DNA from: Rickettsiales bacterium
GTDB taxonomy: Bacteria > Pseudomonadota > Alphaproteobacteria > Rickettsiales > SXRF01
Length of the DNA: 64,000 nt
Assembly (NCBI GenBank): GCA_033762715.1
Contig: JANRLL010000016.1
Location: 26,029 to 90,028, forward strand
Reading direction: 5' to 3'
The notes under the pieces are model-generated. The model searched no databases, was not told the DNA's origin, and was given only the letters and a program-made list of their open reading frames with translations. The translations under genes were made by a program, and so were the position numbers. Every line of letters begins with the position of its first letter. The stretch's first letter is position 1. Positions 17,160 to 27,944 of the stretch are shown here, one piece after another.

Positions 17160-17812
17160 ATGCGGCCAACAACTCCACGACCCGCGTAGTGCGGGTTGCT
17201 CGGCGCAGTAAAACGGAATCGCGCAAATCAGGAACGGTTTCACATTACACCCGAATCGTATGGGCACTGAAACGCTTCTTATGGGCGTTGCTTGTGCTGA
17301 TGATTGTGGCGGTGATTTGGGTGGCATCGGATGATGGCTCGTCCAAAGGTGGCCGTATTGTATTTTCCACCGGCCTTACCAGCGCCGATGAAACGCAGCC
17401 GCGTATGGATAAGCCGCATTACCAAGGCATCGATGAAAATAATCAGCCCTATACGATAACAGCAACGCAGGCGGTTCAGAAAACGGCCAATACGGTGGTG
17501 ATGGATGATGTGACGGCCGATATGTTGCAAAATGATGGCAAATGGATCGCCCTCAAATCCAAGGTCGGTGAATATAACACCGATGAGCGCAGTTTAGTGC
17601 TGTCTGGTGGCATTAGCTTATTTGCCGATGGTGGGTTTGAGTTTCGTACCAAAGAAGCGATCATGCATATGAAGACCGGTATCACCGAAGGCAACTCGCA
17701 TATCGAAGGGCAGGGTGCGCCTGGCATTATCACCGCCGATCGCTTCACCATGGATAACAAACAACACATAATCCGTTTTAACGGATCAGTAAGAATGATA
17801 TTGTACCCTTAG
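17156..17812 (+). CDS. lptC: LPS export protein LptC
   Basis: Single TM anchor, P.Y.G.D...QPY.ITA..A motif, position upstream of lptA-lptB. Confidence 0.85.
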   Translation: MNAANNSTTRVVRVARRSKTESRKSGTVSHYTRIVWALKRFLWALLVLMIVAVIWVASDDGSSKGGRIVFSTGLTSADETQPRMDKPHYQGIDENNQPYTITATQAVQKTANTVVMDDVTADMLQNDGKWIALKSKVGEYNTDERSLVLSGGISLFADGGFEFRTKEAIMHMKTGITEGNSHIEGQGAPGIITADRFTMDNKQHIIRFNGSVRMILYP

Positions 17813-18430
17813 ATGATGAAATACTCCAAACACCTGCTTTTATCCCTGCTGTTTAGCGCTTTCGCTGCGCCAAGCTATGCCGCCGACACTGTGCCAGCTA
17901 GCCGTTACGGCGAATCGGATGCGCCGATTGAAATTACCTCCGATGTGCTTGATGTGTTTCAAGCCGATAATCGAGCGGTATTTACCGGACATGTGGTGGC
18001 CGTGCAGGGCAAAGTGCGCATCAAATCGGATAAAATGATCGTGTTTTATCGTAAACCTGAGGAGGGTCAAACCAAGCCTGCTGGTGCCCCTCAGCAAGAT
18101 AAAATCGACAAAATCGAGGTAGAAGGCAGTGTGTTCTTATCAACGCCTGATGAGACGGCTAAGGGTCAAACAGGGGTCTATGATGTTGATAAAAAAGAAA
18201 TACGCCTCAATGACCAGGTCACCTTGACACGCGCCAATAATACATTGAAAGGCGATAAACTTGTCTATAATCTAATAAGTGGCAAAAGCGTGATAACCAG
18301 TGCTGGCGCCCCTCCGCAAGATGGTAGCAAGCCGCAGCGCGTACGTGCGCTACTGGTACCTGAGAAAAAAGACGCTGAGAAAAAAGATGCTGGGTCAGTT
18401 ACCCAACCGAAAGAACCGACGAAACCATGA
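17813..18430 (+). CDS. lptA: LPS transport periplasmic protein LptA
   Basis: Signal peptide, PIEITSD.L, AVFTG.V...QG OstA-like domain, GRV-like QRVRALLVP. Confidence 0.9.
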   Translation: MMKYSKHLLLSLLFSAFAAPSYAADTVPASRYGESDAPIEITSDVLDVFQADNRAVFTGHVVAVQGKVRIKSDKMIVFYRKPEEGQTKPAGAPQQDKIDKIEVEGSVFLSTPDETAKGQTGVYDVDKKEIRLNDQVTLTRANNTLKGDKLVYNLISGKSVITSAGAPPQDGSKPQRVRALLVPEKKDAEKKDAGSVTQPKEPTKP

Positions 18431-19206
18431 CCGATAAGACGACCCTAGATATAAATGCGACAAAACCAACCCTGGTTGCAACTACCAATGGGCTGGAAGT
18501 TCATCATATTGGCAAACGTTATGGCGGCCGTCCGGTGGTACGCGATGTGAGTTTGCGCCTGCAGCGCGGGGAAGCGGTTGGATTATTGGGTCCTAACGGC
18601 GCGGGTAAGACCACCTGTTTTTATATGATCACCGGCTTGATTCAGCCTGATGTCGGCCAGATCGTGATCGATGGCGATGATATTACACGCCTGCCGATGT
18701 ATCGCCGTGCCCGTTTGGGTATTGGTTACTTGCCGCAAGAGGCATCTATTTTCCGTGGCCTCACGGTGGAGCAAAATATTTTATCGGTGCTAGAGATTGT
18801 TGAAAAAGACGCGACCACGCGCCAAATGATTTTGGACGATCTGCTCGCTGAATTTTCGATCAGCCATTTACGCTTGGCGACCGGCATTACCCTCTCAGGC
18901 GGTGAACGTCGCCGCGTGGAAATTGCACGCGCATTGGCATCGCGCCCATCCTTCATCCTCCTGGACGAACCGCTGGCGGGTATCGATCCGATTGCGGTGG
19001 AAGAAGTGCGTAATCTGGTTAAGCATCTTAAAAATCGTGGCCTCGGCGTACTCATTACCGATCACAATGTACGCGAGACATTGGATATTATTGATCGCGC
19101 TTACATCATGCATGACGGCACGGTGCTGATGGAAGGCTCGCCTTCTGAGATCGTTAATAACGTCGATGTACGACGCGTCTATCTGGGTGATCGTTTTAGC
19201 CTATAG
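18427..19206 (+). CDS. lptB: LPS export ABC transporter ATPase
   Basis: GPNGAGKTT, YLPQEASIFR, LSGGERRR and ITDHNVRETL motifs. Confidence 0.97.
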   Translation: MTDKTTLDINATKPTLVATTNGLEVHHIGKRYGGRPVVRDVSLRLQRGEAVGLLGPNGAGKTTCFYMITGLIQPDVGQIVIDGDDITRLPMYRRARLGIGYLPQEASIFRGLTVEQNILSVLEIVEKDATTRQMILDDLLAEFSISHLRLATGITLSGGERRRVEIARALASRPSFILLDEPLAGIDPIAVEEVRNLVKHLKNRGLGVLITDHNVRETLDIIDRAYIMHDGTVLMEGSPSEIVNNVDVRRVYLGDRFSL

Positions 19207-19254
19207 TCGCAGATAGAAGTTGGCATCACTAACGTTGCTTGCTATCGTACCCAT

Positions 19255-20751
19255 ATGAGCATTGGCCCTAAATTAGAACTTCGTCAGGGACAATCCCTGG
19301 TCATGACGCAGCAATTGCAGCAATCGATTAAGCTGCTGCAATGCAATGCATTGGAGCTGCGCGAATATGTCGAGCAAGAGCTCGAAAAGAATCCATTCCT
19401 AAATGTAGAAGAACCGGAAAATCCTGATGCCAACGGGCCCACAGACGATGACAAGCCCGCACGCGCTGAAGAAAACGAACCAGCAGCTACCGATTTTGAT
19501 GAAGACAGCAACAGCTTGTCGCATGCCATGTCGCAAGGCGATAGCTGGGATGAAAGCAGCGAGGTAGAGCGCGATTACTTACAATCATCATCCACCTCCA
19601 GCAGTCGTGGTGGTGATTTCGACGATGATGACACACGCGGCATTGACGATAATGCCGCGCAAGGAAAAACCCTGCGCGAGCATTTGTTAGAGCAATTGCA
19701 GCTCGATATTCACGATCCGGCCAAGCGGCTGATTGGCGCGCAGCTGATCGATATGGTCGATGATGCCGGCTATATCAAGGACGATCTGGGTGCGGTGGCG
19801 ACTGCTTTTGACATTGAGGTGGAAGAAGTGCAGGAGGTGCTGGCGCTATTGCAGCGCTTTGATCCTCCTGGCATTTGCGCGCGCAATTTAAAAGAATGTC
19901 TGAGCGTGCAGCTGCGCGATAAGAATCGCCTGGATCCGGCCATGCAAATTTTGCTCGATAATCTGCATCTGATTGCCGATAGCAAATTCGATGAGCTGCG
20001 TAAATTATGCGGTGTCGATAAGGATGATCTGAAACAAATGATCACTGAGATCCGCGAGCTCAACCCAAAGCCTGGCAACCATTTCCTGCATGAGGTGACG
20101 CAGGCGGTTGAGCCGGATGTGTTTGTGCGCCGCTTGCCGGATGGCAATTGGCATGTCGAACTCAATATGAATAATTTTCCGCGCGTGATGGTCAATAAGC
20201 GCTATTACAAAAAAATCTCGGCTGAGACCCGCAACATGCAGGATAAAAAATACCTCTCCGAGCAATTCGGCTCAGCCAACTGGCTGGTACGTGCGCTGGA
20301 GCAACGCGCCGAGACGCTACTGAAAGTGGCCGGTGAGCTGGTGAAACAGCAGGATGCGTTTTTCCGCTTAGGCGTGCGCTATATGAAACCGATGACGCTC
20401 AAACACATCGCCTCTGAGACCCATTATCACGAAAGCACCATCAGCCGCGTGACCAATGGCAAATACCTACTCTGTCCGCGTGGCACGTTTGAGCTCAAAT
20501 ATTTCTTCACCTCCGGCCTGTCGCGTTCGGAAGGGGTAGGCGAAGATGTCTCGAGTGAAACGGTAAAACATTATATTGCCGAATTGGTCGAAGCTGAAAC
20601 GGCAAGCACCGTGCTTTCGGATGATGATATTGTCGATAAACTCAAAGAGCGTAATATTACGGTAGCTCGTCGAACGGTCGCTAAATACCGTGAGGCGTTG
20701 GGCATTACCTCTTCGCCCAAACGCAAGCGCCTCAAACAACAAGGTTTGTAG
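19255..20751 (+). CDS. rpoN: RNA polymerase sigma-54 factor
   Basis: Gln/Leu-rich region I, HESTISRV and RpoN box ARRTVAKYRE. Confidence 0.98.
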   Translation: MSIGPKLELRQGQSLVMTQQLQQSIKLLQCNALELREYVEQELEKNPFLNVEEPENPDANGPTDDDKPARAEENEPAATDFDEDSNSLSHAMSQGDSWDESSEVERDYLQSSSTSSSRGGDFDDDDTRGIDDNAAQGKTLREHLLEQLQLDIHDPAKRLIGAQLIDMVDDAGYIKDDLGAVATAFDIEVEEVQEVLALLQRFDPPGICARNLKECLSVQLRDKNRLDPAMQILLDNLHLIADSKFDELRKLCGVDKDDLKQMITEIRELNPKPGNHFLHEVTQAVEPDVFVRRLPDGNWHVELNMNNFPRVMVNKRYYKKISAETRNMQDKKYLSEQFGSANWLVRALEQRAETLLKVAGELVKQQDAFFRLGVRYMKPMTLKHIASETHYHESTISRVTNGKYLLCPRGTFELKYFFTSGLSRSEGVGEDVSSETVKHYIAELVEAETASTVLSDDDIVDKLKERNITVARRTVAKYREALGITSSPKRKRLKQQGL

Positions 20752-20761
20752 GGATTTTTAG

Positions 20762-20846
20762 CTAACCAATTGTTTTTGATAGATAAATGTTTTTGGTCCT
20801 TATGCGGTTACTATACTTATCCCCAGGTTTTCTAACCAATTTTTAA
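20762..20846. promoter_or_regulatory. Direct repeat CTAACCAATT x2; second copy forms a CTAA-N7-TTAA CtrA-like box
   Basis: CTAACCAATT at 20762 and 20832. CTAA-CCAATTT-TTAA at 20832-20846. Confidence 0.4.
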
Positions 20847-20869
20847 ATAAAGGGGCGTAGACTTGAGCT

Positions 20870-22003
20870 ATGACTCAAGCACTCTCGACACTTCCCTCAG
20901 TGGATTGGAAAAACGTTGGCGATATGGGCCCTATCATGCCTTTGCTTGCCGACGATTCCGTCAATGACATTCTGATTAATGGGCCCGACCAGGTGTTTGT
21001 TGAGCGTAACGGTCGCTTGGAAAAAACCTCCATTACCTTTGCCAATGAAGAGGCCGTGCATGAATTGGCCGTGCGTATTGTCAAAGCGGTTGGACGCAGT
21101 TTGGATGAAAAAAGGCCGCTGGTTGATGCGCGCCTGGCCGATGGCAGTCGTGTGAATATTATCGCGCCGCCGCTGTCTGTCGATGGCACCAGCATTTCGA
21201 TTCGTAAATTCTCACGTCATAAGATCACTATCGATGACATGGTCACGCAGGGCAATGTGTCACCGGCGCTGGGCGAATTCCTGAAGGTAATAGGCCGCGC
21301 CAAAATGAATATCGTAATTTCCGGCGGTACTGGTTCGGGTAAAACGACACTGCTGAATGCTATGTCGCGCTATATTGAAAATTGGGAGCGGATTGTTACC
21401 ATCGAAGACGCCGCCGAGTTACAGCTGCAACAGCCACACGTGGTGCGCTTGGAAACCAAGCCGCTGGTGCTGGGCCAACATCCGACCGAAGAAGTGAGCA
21501 TTCGCGATTTGGTGCGTAATGCGCTGCGGATGCGCCCTGATCGCATCATCGTGGGTGAGGTGCGCGGTATGGAAGCCTTTGATATGATGCAGGCTATGAA
21601 TACCGGCCACGAAGGATCGCTGACTACGATCCATGCCAACCATCCGCGTGACGCCATCGCACGGTTGGAAAATATGATCAGCATGGCGAATTTGAATATT
21701 CCCGTACGTTCTATCCGTTCGCAGATCGCCTCAGCCGTGCATTTGATTGTACAGATCAGCCGCATGCGCGATGGGGTGCGCCGCGTGACCTATGTGTCTG
21801 AAATTATGGGCATGGAAGGTGATGTGGTGACGATGAATGACTTATTTACCTATGTGACCGAAGGTGACGGCATTGATGGAAAATTAACGGGCCAATTCCA
21901 ATGGAGCGGCATCATGCCGCGCTGCATCCGCCGTGTGGCCTATTACGGCGAGTTGGATAACATGGCTAAAGCCTTAGGAATTAAGATTCCTAAACTAACC
22001 TAA
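20870..22003 (+). CDS. cpaF: CpaF/TadA family pilus assembly ATPase (short, stand-alone)
   Basis: [42 protein letters not shown] and [15 protein letters not shown] motifs. Confidence 0.92.
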   Translation: MTQALSTLPSVDWKNVGDMGPIMPLLADDSVNDILINGPDQVFVERNGRLEKTSITFANEEAVHELAVRIVKAVGRSLDEKRPLVDARLADGSRVNIIAPPLSVDGTSISIRKFSRHKITIDDMVTQGNVSPALGEFLKVIGRAKMNIVISGGTGSGKTTLLNAMSRYIENWERIVTIEDAAELQLQQPHVVRLETKPLVLGQHPTEEVSIRDLVRNALRMRPDRIIVGEVRGMEAFDMMQAMNTGHEGSLTTIHANHPRDAIARLENMISMANLNIPVRSIRSQIASAVHLIVQISRMRDGVRRVTYVSEIMGMEGDVVTMNDLFTYVTEGDGIDGKLTGQFQWSGIMPRCIRRVAYYGELDNMAKALGIKIPKLT

Positions 22004-22016
22004 ACGACGCTCCTAG

Positions 22017-22045
22017 TTGACGCTCCCCGCGCAAAGGATTATCAT
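22017..22045 (+). promoter_or_regulatory. Sigma70-type promoter upstream of hpf
   Basis: TTGACG-N17-TATCAT. Confidence 0.6.
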
Positions 22046-22091
22046 TAAATTTCGGCCTTATTTCTTTTCTTAACAACCAAATGAGTATGAT

Positions 22092-22679
22092 ATGAAAATC
22101 AGTGTTTCAGGCAAAGGTGTTGATGTGGGTGACGCACTTCGCGCACATATAGAAACCCAAGTGAAAGAACACGTGAATAAGTACATCGACCGCGTTACCA
22201 GCATTCAAGTGGTGATCTCGCGCGAGGCGCATCTTTTCAGGGTTGATATTACCGGCAATTTAGGCACGCATTCGGGATTAGTGGTGCGCAGCCGTGGCCA
22301 AAATGATGATGTCTATGCGGCTTTTGACGAATCCCTGGAAAAGACCAGCAAGCAATTGCGCCGTTATAAACGCAAAATTACCAATCACCATAAATATGGC
22401 GATGAGCCATTACCCGTCACCCGTCAGGTGAAAGGCACGAAAAAAGTACTCTCACCGGAAGCGGGTGAGCAGGATGAAGATAAGCATTCCGGTTTGGTGA
22501 TTGCCGAAAAACCTACCGAGATCGAAACGATGACGGTAAGCCAAGCGGTGATGCGTATGGATCTGGAAGATCTGCCGGCATTGATGTTCTTCAACTCGGC
22601 GCATGGCGGACTGAATGTGGTTTATCGCCGTGTCGACGGTAATATTTCTTGGGTCGATCCCGATACAAAAGCGGCCTAA
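22092..22679 (+). CDS. hpf: Ribosome hibernation promoting factor (long HPF/RaiA)
   Basis: QLRRYKRK, C-terminal M.V..AVM.MDL and VVYRR.DGNI.WVDP motifs. Confidence 0.93.
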   Translation: MKISVSGKGVDVGDALRAHIETQVKEHVNKYIDRVTSIQVVISREAHLFRVDITGNLGTHSGLVVRSRGQNDDVYAAFDESLEKTSKQLRRYKRKITNHHKYGDEPLPVTRQVKGTKKVLSPEAGEQDEDKHSGLVIAEKPTEIETMTVSQAVMRMDLEDLPALMFFNSAHGGLNVVYRRVDGNISWVDPDTKAA

Positions 22680-22697
22680 TATCCACCTGGTGCTCTC

Positions 22698-23162
22698 ATG
22701 AAGCTAGCCACCATATTGCCGCCTGACGCTGTATTGGCGGGATTGCCCGCTCGTGACAAAAAACAAGCGCTCAAGATGCTCTCGGCCTATGCTGCGCAGT
22801 TTTGCAACATCAGCGAAAAAGATATTTATAGCACGCTCTTGGAGCGCGAATATGCGGGCTGCACCGGTATGGGCGGCGGCGTGTGCATTCCGCACGGGCG
22901 CTTTGAGGGCCTCAAAGGGCTGCATGCGATTTTTGCCAAGCTCGATGAGCGCATTGAATTCGGCGCAGCCGACGGCAAGCCGGTGGATCTGGTGTTTTTA
23001 CTACTGACACCCATGGAAGCGAATAATGAGCATATTAAGGCGCTTGCTACTATGTCACGCCTGCTGCGCAATAAAATATTATGTGAAGCCATCAGGCAAT
23101 CGAGCGATGCTACGGAAATACGTAGCTTGCTTTTGACCAAGACCGAGGAAGAGCCCGCCTGA
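22698..23162 (+). CDS. ptsN: PTS IIA nitrogen-regulatory protein
   Basis: RE..G.TG.G.GV.IPHGR and DGKPVDLVFLLL motifs. Confidence 0.93.
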   Translation: MKLATILPPDAVLAGLPARDKKQALKMLSAYAAQFCNISEKDIYSTLLEREYAGCTGMGGGVCIPHGRFEGLKGLHAIFAKLDERIEFGAADGKPVDLVFLLLTPMEANNEHIKALATMSRLLRNKILCEAIRQSSDATEIRSLLLTKTEEEPA

Positions 23163-23569
23163 TGTTGATGCATGGCACCTGCGTATGCATTGATGGCAAA
23201 GGGGTGCTGATTTTAGGCGATGCAGGCAGTGGTAAATCCGAACTGGCGCTTAGGCTCATAGATCGCGGCGCTGTATTGGTAGCCGACGATCAGGTTGAAC
23301 TATTGGCCGTGCGTAAAGAGCTGGTGGCATCCGTTCCGCCGCAAATCGAGGGATTGTTTGAGGTACGCGGTGTGGGCATCTTCCAGATGGCCTTTGTCGA
23401 CCATGTACCGCTTTCGCTTGTGGTAAAGCTGGTGCCTAGGACTCATATCGAGCGTATGCCGGATCCGATGTTCTTTGATTGCCTTGAAGTGCGAGTGCCA
23501 TTATTATTGCTGCATTCGTTTGATCATGCCACAGATGCTAAAATTCGGTTGTTCCTCAAAACGGCGTAG
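23162..23569 (+). CDS. hprK: HPr kinase/phosphorylase (short form)
   Basis: GVLILGDAGSGKSELAL, LVADD and GLFEVRGVGI motifs. Confidence 0.88.
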   Translation: MLMHGTCVCIDGKGVLILGDAGSGKSELALRLIDRGAVLVADDQVELLAVRKELVASVPPQIEGLFEVRGVGIFQMAFVDHVPLSLVVKLVPRTHIERMPDPMFFDCLEVRVPLLLLHSFDHATDAKIRLFLKTA

Positions 23570-23572
23570 CCT

Positions 23573-24412
23573 ATGAAATTTATTTTAGTGACAGGAATGT
23601 CCGGTGCCGGCAAAACAGTAGCGCTTAAGACGCTCGAAGATTGCGGCTTTGAAGCTATCGATAATATTCCCCTTTCATTTATTCCCGATGTAGCGGCCTC
23701 ACAGGCGCGCCTGCGTAATCTGGCGGTGGGCTCTGATATTAGAAGCCGTGATTTTTCCATCGAGCATTTTGTCGAGGTGATGGAGATGCTCAAACAAAAT
23801 AAAGATCTGGAAATCAAGATGCTGTTTTTAGATTGCGACGATGAGGTGTTGCGCCGGCGTTTTACCGAAACACGCCGCCGTCATCCGCTTGCTGAAGACC
23901 GCGCGGTGATTGACGGCATTGCCATGGAGCGCGAGTTGGTGGGTGGGCTCAGGCGTTTGGCTGATCTGGTAATTGATACGACCGATTATAAAAGCGGAGA
24001 GCTGCGCCAGGTGGTAGCAGCGCATATTGCACGCGAAGACCGTAAAATGTCGGTGGCGCTGTCGTCTTTTTCTTTCAAGCACGGGTTGCCGCGCGATGCT
24101 GATATGGTATTCGATGTGCGGTTTTTGACCAATCCGCATTATGACCCCGAGTTGCAACCACTCACCGGTCTCGACGAGGCGGTGGGCAAGCGTATTGAAA
24201 CCGATCCGAATTTTGCAGCGTTTTTTGATCGTTTGATTGGGTTGATCAAACCGCTGCTTCCGCGCTATGTGGAAGAAGGAAAAAACTATCTCACCATTGC
24301 TATTGGCTGCACCGGTGGTAAGCATCGCTCAGTCTATGTAACGCAAAAATTGGGGCATATGCTGCAAATGCATGGCTATAACGTAACTATTAGACATAGG
24401 GATTTGACATGA
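23573..24412 (+). CDS. rapZ: RNase adapter RapZ family P-loop protein
   Basis: TGMSGAGKT, RRFTETRRRHPL, FDVRFL.NPHY and GCTGGKHRSV motifs. Confidence 0.95.
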   Translation: MKFILVTGMSGAGKTVALKTLEDCGFEAIDNIPLSFIPDVAASQARLRNLAVGSDIRSRDFSIEHFVEVMEMLKQNKDLEIKMLFLDCDDEVLRRRFTETRRRHPLAEDRAVIDGIAMERELVGGLRRLADLVIDTTDYKSGELRQVVAAHIAREDRKMSVALSSFSFKHGLPRDADMVFDVRFLTNPHYDPELQPLTGLDEAVGKRIETDPNFAAFFDRLIGLIKPLLPRYVEEGKNYLTIAIGCTGGKHRSVYVTQKLGHMLQMHGYNVTIRHRDLT

Positions 24413-24816
24413 TTGGTATCGTCGTCGTAACGCACGGAAAATTGGCTGAGTCACTGGTTGCTGTTACCGAGCATGTGGTGGGCAAGCAAACGCATATGAA
24501 AGCAATCGGCATTGAACCGGATGATGACGCCGAGCAAGCGCGCGACCGCATTATCGCGGCGATTAAAGACGTGCGCGGTGAAGGCGGTGTGGTGGTGCTG
24601 ACCGATATGTTCGGCGGTACGCCATCCAATCTGGCGATTTCGGTGATGAAGCAAGAAGGCGCCGAAGTGATTGCCGGTGTGAATCTGCCGATGATGATTA
24701 AGCTTGCCACCGCGCGTCAAAAAACGCCATTGGCTGAAGCGGTCGTGCAGGCGCAAGATGCTGGGCGTAAATATATCAATGTGGCCAGTGCATTTCTCAA
24801 TACCAAGGCATCCTAA
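24409..24816 (+). CDS. manX: PTS EIIA mannose/fructose-type
   Basis: VVTHG and LTDMFGGTPSN motifs. Confidence 0.88.
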   Translation: MIGIVVVTHGKLAESLVAVTEHVVGKQTHMKAIGIEPDDDAEQARDRIIAAIKDVRGEGGVVVLTDMFGGTPSNLAISVMKQEGAEVIAGVNLPMMIKLATARQKTPLAEAVVQAQDAGRKYINVASAFLNTKAS

Positions 24817-25088
24817 TGGCCGAAATTACGGTTGAGATCATCAATAAAAAAGGGCTGCATGCACGGGCGGCGGCAAAGTTCGTGAAAGTCGTTGCCGGCT
24901 GTGATGCGCAGGTGCGTGTGACCAAAATAGGAGGCGACACGGTGCCAGGGGGGTCGATCCTGGGGCTTATGATGCTCGGCGCGGAAGCAGGCACTAAGCT
25001 GACACTCATTGCAGAAGGCATGCAAGCTGCCGAGGTGCTGGAGGCGCTTAGAACCCTTATAGGTGATCGCTTCGGCGAAGCGGAATGA
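24816..25088 (+). CDS. ptsH: HPr/NPr phosphocarrier
   Basis: GLHARAAAKFV and SILGLMMLGA motifs. Confidence 0.9.
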   Translation: MAEITVEIINKKGLHARAAAKFVKVVAGCDAQVRVTKIGGDTVPGGSILGLMMLGAEAGTKLTLIAEGMQAAEVLEALRTLIGDRFGEAE

Positions 25089-25942
25089 TTCGAAACTGTA
25101 TTTATTTTCTCATAGCTATTAGCAGCGGCCTTTTCATTGCCAGCATCGTGATTTATCAGACGGCACCGGTGGAAAATCTGCGCCAAGTTATTGCCTATAC
25201 GCCGCCAGGTAAAAGTTCCACGCGTGAGGTCGGGCTTGCTAAAGCTGATAATCTGACACTGGCCGATATGCCGATGGAGCTGATCTGGGCGGTAATTGCG
25301 TCGGAAGATAATGAGTTCTGGCGCCATGACGGCATCCGGCCACGGCGTATCTATGACAATATTATCGGTTATTTTGATGGCACCTATCCCATTTTAAAAG
25401 GCGGCAGTACCATTACGCAGCAATTGGCAAAAAACATATTCACCGGTAGCCAGCGCAGCCTATATCGCAAATATGTGGAATTTATTTATGCCATAAAGCT
25501 GGAACAGACCTTTACCAAAGAAGAAATTTTCACGCTCTATGTGAATATCGTGCAGCTGGGGCCCGAACTATATGGATTCAAAGACGCAGCGCATATGTAT
25601 TTCAATAAACCCGTTTCGCGCCTGACATATGGAGAAAGCGTGGCATTGGTGATGATGTTGCCATCGCCCATGACGTATTACCCTGCGCTACAAAGTGATA
25701 TGCTAGACCCACGGTTTCGTATCAGAATGATATATCTGGTGAATAAAATGCTCAATTATTACCAGGTATTTGTACCTTTTGGCCAACTTAGCCGTTATGA
25801 GAAGGAGCATATATTCAGCTATTATATGCAACAAAAGGGCAGGCAAGTCTGCCTCAGTCAGTTGACCTATGATAAAAGAAGTGGCTGGATTGAAAATATT
25901 ATCGCACAATTTGAAAAAGAGCATTACGCGCCTCAGGAATAA
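25085..25942 (+). CDS. mtgA: Monofunctional peptidoglycan transglycosylase (GT51)
   Basis: [27 protein letters not shown] and [10 protein letters not shown] motifs. No transpeptidase domain. Confidence 0.8.
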   Translation: MIRNCIYFLIAISSGLFIASIVIYQTAPVENLRQVIAYTPPGKSSTREVGLAKADNLTLADMPMELIWAVIASEDNEFWRHDGIRPRRIYDNIIGYFDGTYPILKGGSTITQQLAKNIFTGSQRSLYRKYVEFIYAIKLEQTFTKEEIFTLYVNIVQLGPELYGFKDAAHMYFNKPVSRLTYGESVALVMMLPSPMTYYPALQSDMLDPRFRIRMIYLVNKMLNYYQVFVPFGQLSRYEKEHIFSYYMQQKGRQVCLSQLTYDKRSGWIENIIAQFEKEHYAPQE

Positions 25943-25953
25943 CAGGAGAGTGT

Positions 25954-27888
25954 ATGGAGCAGCAAAACCTATTCCCAGTTCCCACTGCATGGAAAGAGCA
26001 GGCTCACGTTACGGCCGAGCGCTATAAAGACTGGTACCAGCAATCCATCAATAATCCCGACGCTTTCTGGGCGGAGCGAGCAAAAGACTTCACCTGGTAT
26101 GCGCCGTGGAAGCGTTTAAAACAGTCGCAGTTTGAATCGCCCGTTTCCATTCGCTGGTTTGAAGGCGCCAAGACCAATATGTCGGCCAACTGCCTTGATC
26201 GCCATTTGCCCCAGCATGCGGGTCGTACGGCGATTATCTGGGAAGGCGACAATCCTTCCGAATCCAAACACATCACCTACGGTGAACTGCATGCTGATGT
26301 CTGCCGCTTTGCCAATGTGCTCAAAGCGCAGGGTATCAAAAAGGGCGACCGTGTTACTATTTATCTGCCGATGATTCCCGAGGCCGCCGTTTCCATGCTT
26401 GCCTGCGCGCGTATTGGCGCGATTCATTCGGTGGTGTTTGGCGGATTTTCAGCGGAAGCGCTCAGAGGCCGCATCGAAGATTGCCAAAGCAAACTGGTGA
26501 TTACTGCTGATGAAAGTCTGCGTGGCGGCAAAGCGGTGCCGCTTAAGGCTAATGCCGATAAGGCGGTTGAAGGGCTTTCGTATGTGCAGCAAATGATTGT
26601 GGTGCGGCGCACGGGCGCTAAGGTGGCATGGGCCGCTAATAATAGCTGGTATCATGAAGTGATGGCTACAGCATCGGCAGACTGCACACCGGAACAGGTG
26701 GATGCAGAAGACCCACTATTCATTCTCTATACGTCGGGCTCTACCGGTAAACCTAAAGGCGTGCTGCATACCACGGCGGGCTATATGGTGTGGACATCGT
26801 TCACGCACCGTATGGTGTTTGATTATAAACCGGCTGATATTTTCTGGTGCACGGCAGATGTGGGCTGGATCACCGGCCATAGCTATGTGGTGTATGGCCC
26901 GCTGCTCAATGGCGCCACTACGCTGATGTTTGAAGGCGTGCCGAACTATCCCGATAGCAGCCGCTTCTGGCAGGTGGTGGATAAGCATCAAGTGACGATA
27001 TTCCACACCGCGCCGACGGCGATTCGCGCGTTGATGCGTGATGGTGATGCTTTTGTGCAAAAAGCCTCGCGCAAAAGCTTACGCCTGATTGGTAGTGTCG
27101 GTGAGCCGATTAATCCCGAAGCCTGGCTGTGGTACTGGCGCGTGGTGGGCGAGGGGCGTTGCCCGATTGTCGACACCTGGTGGCAGACGGAAACCGGTGG
27201 CAATATGATCACGCCTTTTCCAGGTGCGACCGATTTGAAACCAGGCTCGGCGAGCTGGCCGTTTTTTGGCGTGCAGCCCTTGATCCTCGATCCCACTAGT
27301 GGAAAAACATTAGAGGGCGCCTGCGAGGGGGTGCTGTGCATCAAAGACTCATGGCCTGGCCAGGCGCGCACCGTTTACGGCGATCATGCGCGGTTCGAGC
27401 AAACCTATTTCTCGCAATATAAAGGTTTATATTTTACGGGTGACGGCGCCAAGCGTGATGCCGATGGTTATTACTGGATTACGGGACGCGTCGATGATGT
27501 GCTCAATGTCTCCGGCCATCGCATCGGCACGGCGGAGGTGGAAAATGCGCTGGTGGGCCATGATCATGTGACGGAAGCGGCGGTCGTTGGCTATCCGCAC
27601 GATATTAAAGGGCAGGGTATTTATTGTTATGTCACGCTAGCCGTTGGCGTTGCTGCATCTGCTGAGATTGAAAAAGATTTGAAGCAGTGGGTGCGTAAAG
27701 AAATTGGGCCGATTGCAACACCTGATATACTGCATTTTACACCGGCGTTACCCAAAACGCGCAGTGGCAAAATCATGCGCCGCATTTTGCGCAAAATCGC
27801 TGAAGGCGATACCAGCAATTTAGGCGACATTAGCACGCTGACCAATCCAGAAATTGTTGAAGAGCTCAAGCAGGGCCGTAAGTCTTAA
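25954..27888 (+). CDS. acs: Acetyl-CoA synthetase
   Basis: [21 protein letters not shown] and [11 protein letters not shown] motifs. Confidence 0.97.
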   Translation: MEQQNLFPVPTAWKEQAHVTAERYKDWYQQSINNPDAFWAERAKDFTWYAPWKRLKQSQFESPVSIRWFEGAKTNMSANCLDRHLPQHAGRTAIIWEGDNPSESKHITYGELHADVCRFANVLKAQGIKKGDRVTIYLPMIPEAAVSMLACARIGAIHSVVFGGFSAEALRGRIEDCQSKLVITADESLRGGKAVPLKANADKAVEGLSYVQQMIVVRRTGAKVAWAANNSWYHEVMATASADCTPEQVDAEDPLFILYTSGSTGKPKGVLHTTAGYMVWTSFTHRMVFDYKPADIFWCTADVGWITGHSYVVYGPLLNGATTLMFEGVPNYPDSSRFWQVVDKHQVTIFHTAPTAIRALMRDGDAFVQKASRKSLRLIGSVGEPINPEAWLWYWRVVGEGRCPIVDTWWQTETGGNMITPFPGATDLKPGSASWPFFGVQPLILDPTSGKTLEGACEGVLCIKDSWPGQARTVYGDHARFEQTYFSQYKGLYFTGDGAKRDADGYYWITGRVDDVLNVSGHRIGTAEVENALVGHDHVTEAAVVGYPHDIKGQGIYCYVTLAVGVAASAEIEKDLKQWVRKEIGPIATPDILHFTPALPKTRSGKIMRRILRKIAEGDTSNLGDISTLTNPEIVEELKQGRKS

Positions 27889-27890
27889 AT

Positions 27891-27923
27891 AAAAAAAAGC
27901 CGCCCCGAAGGACGGCTTTTTTC
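27891..27923. terminator. Bidirectional intrinsic terminator
   Basis: A8-GCCG-C-CC-CGAA-GG-A-CGGC-T6 between the convergent acs and 890-aa genes. Confidence 0.85.
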
Positions 27924-27944
27924 TTGTCATGGATCGTCTCGTTT

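Noticed and set aside
19221-19245. Possible sigma54 promoter (TGGCA...TTGC) upstream of rpoN
   Set aside because: GG-to-GC spacing does not fit the -24/-12 rule.
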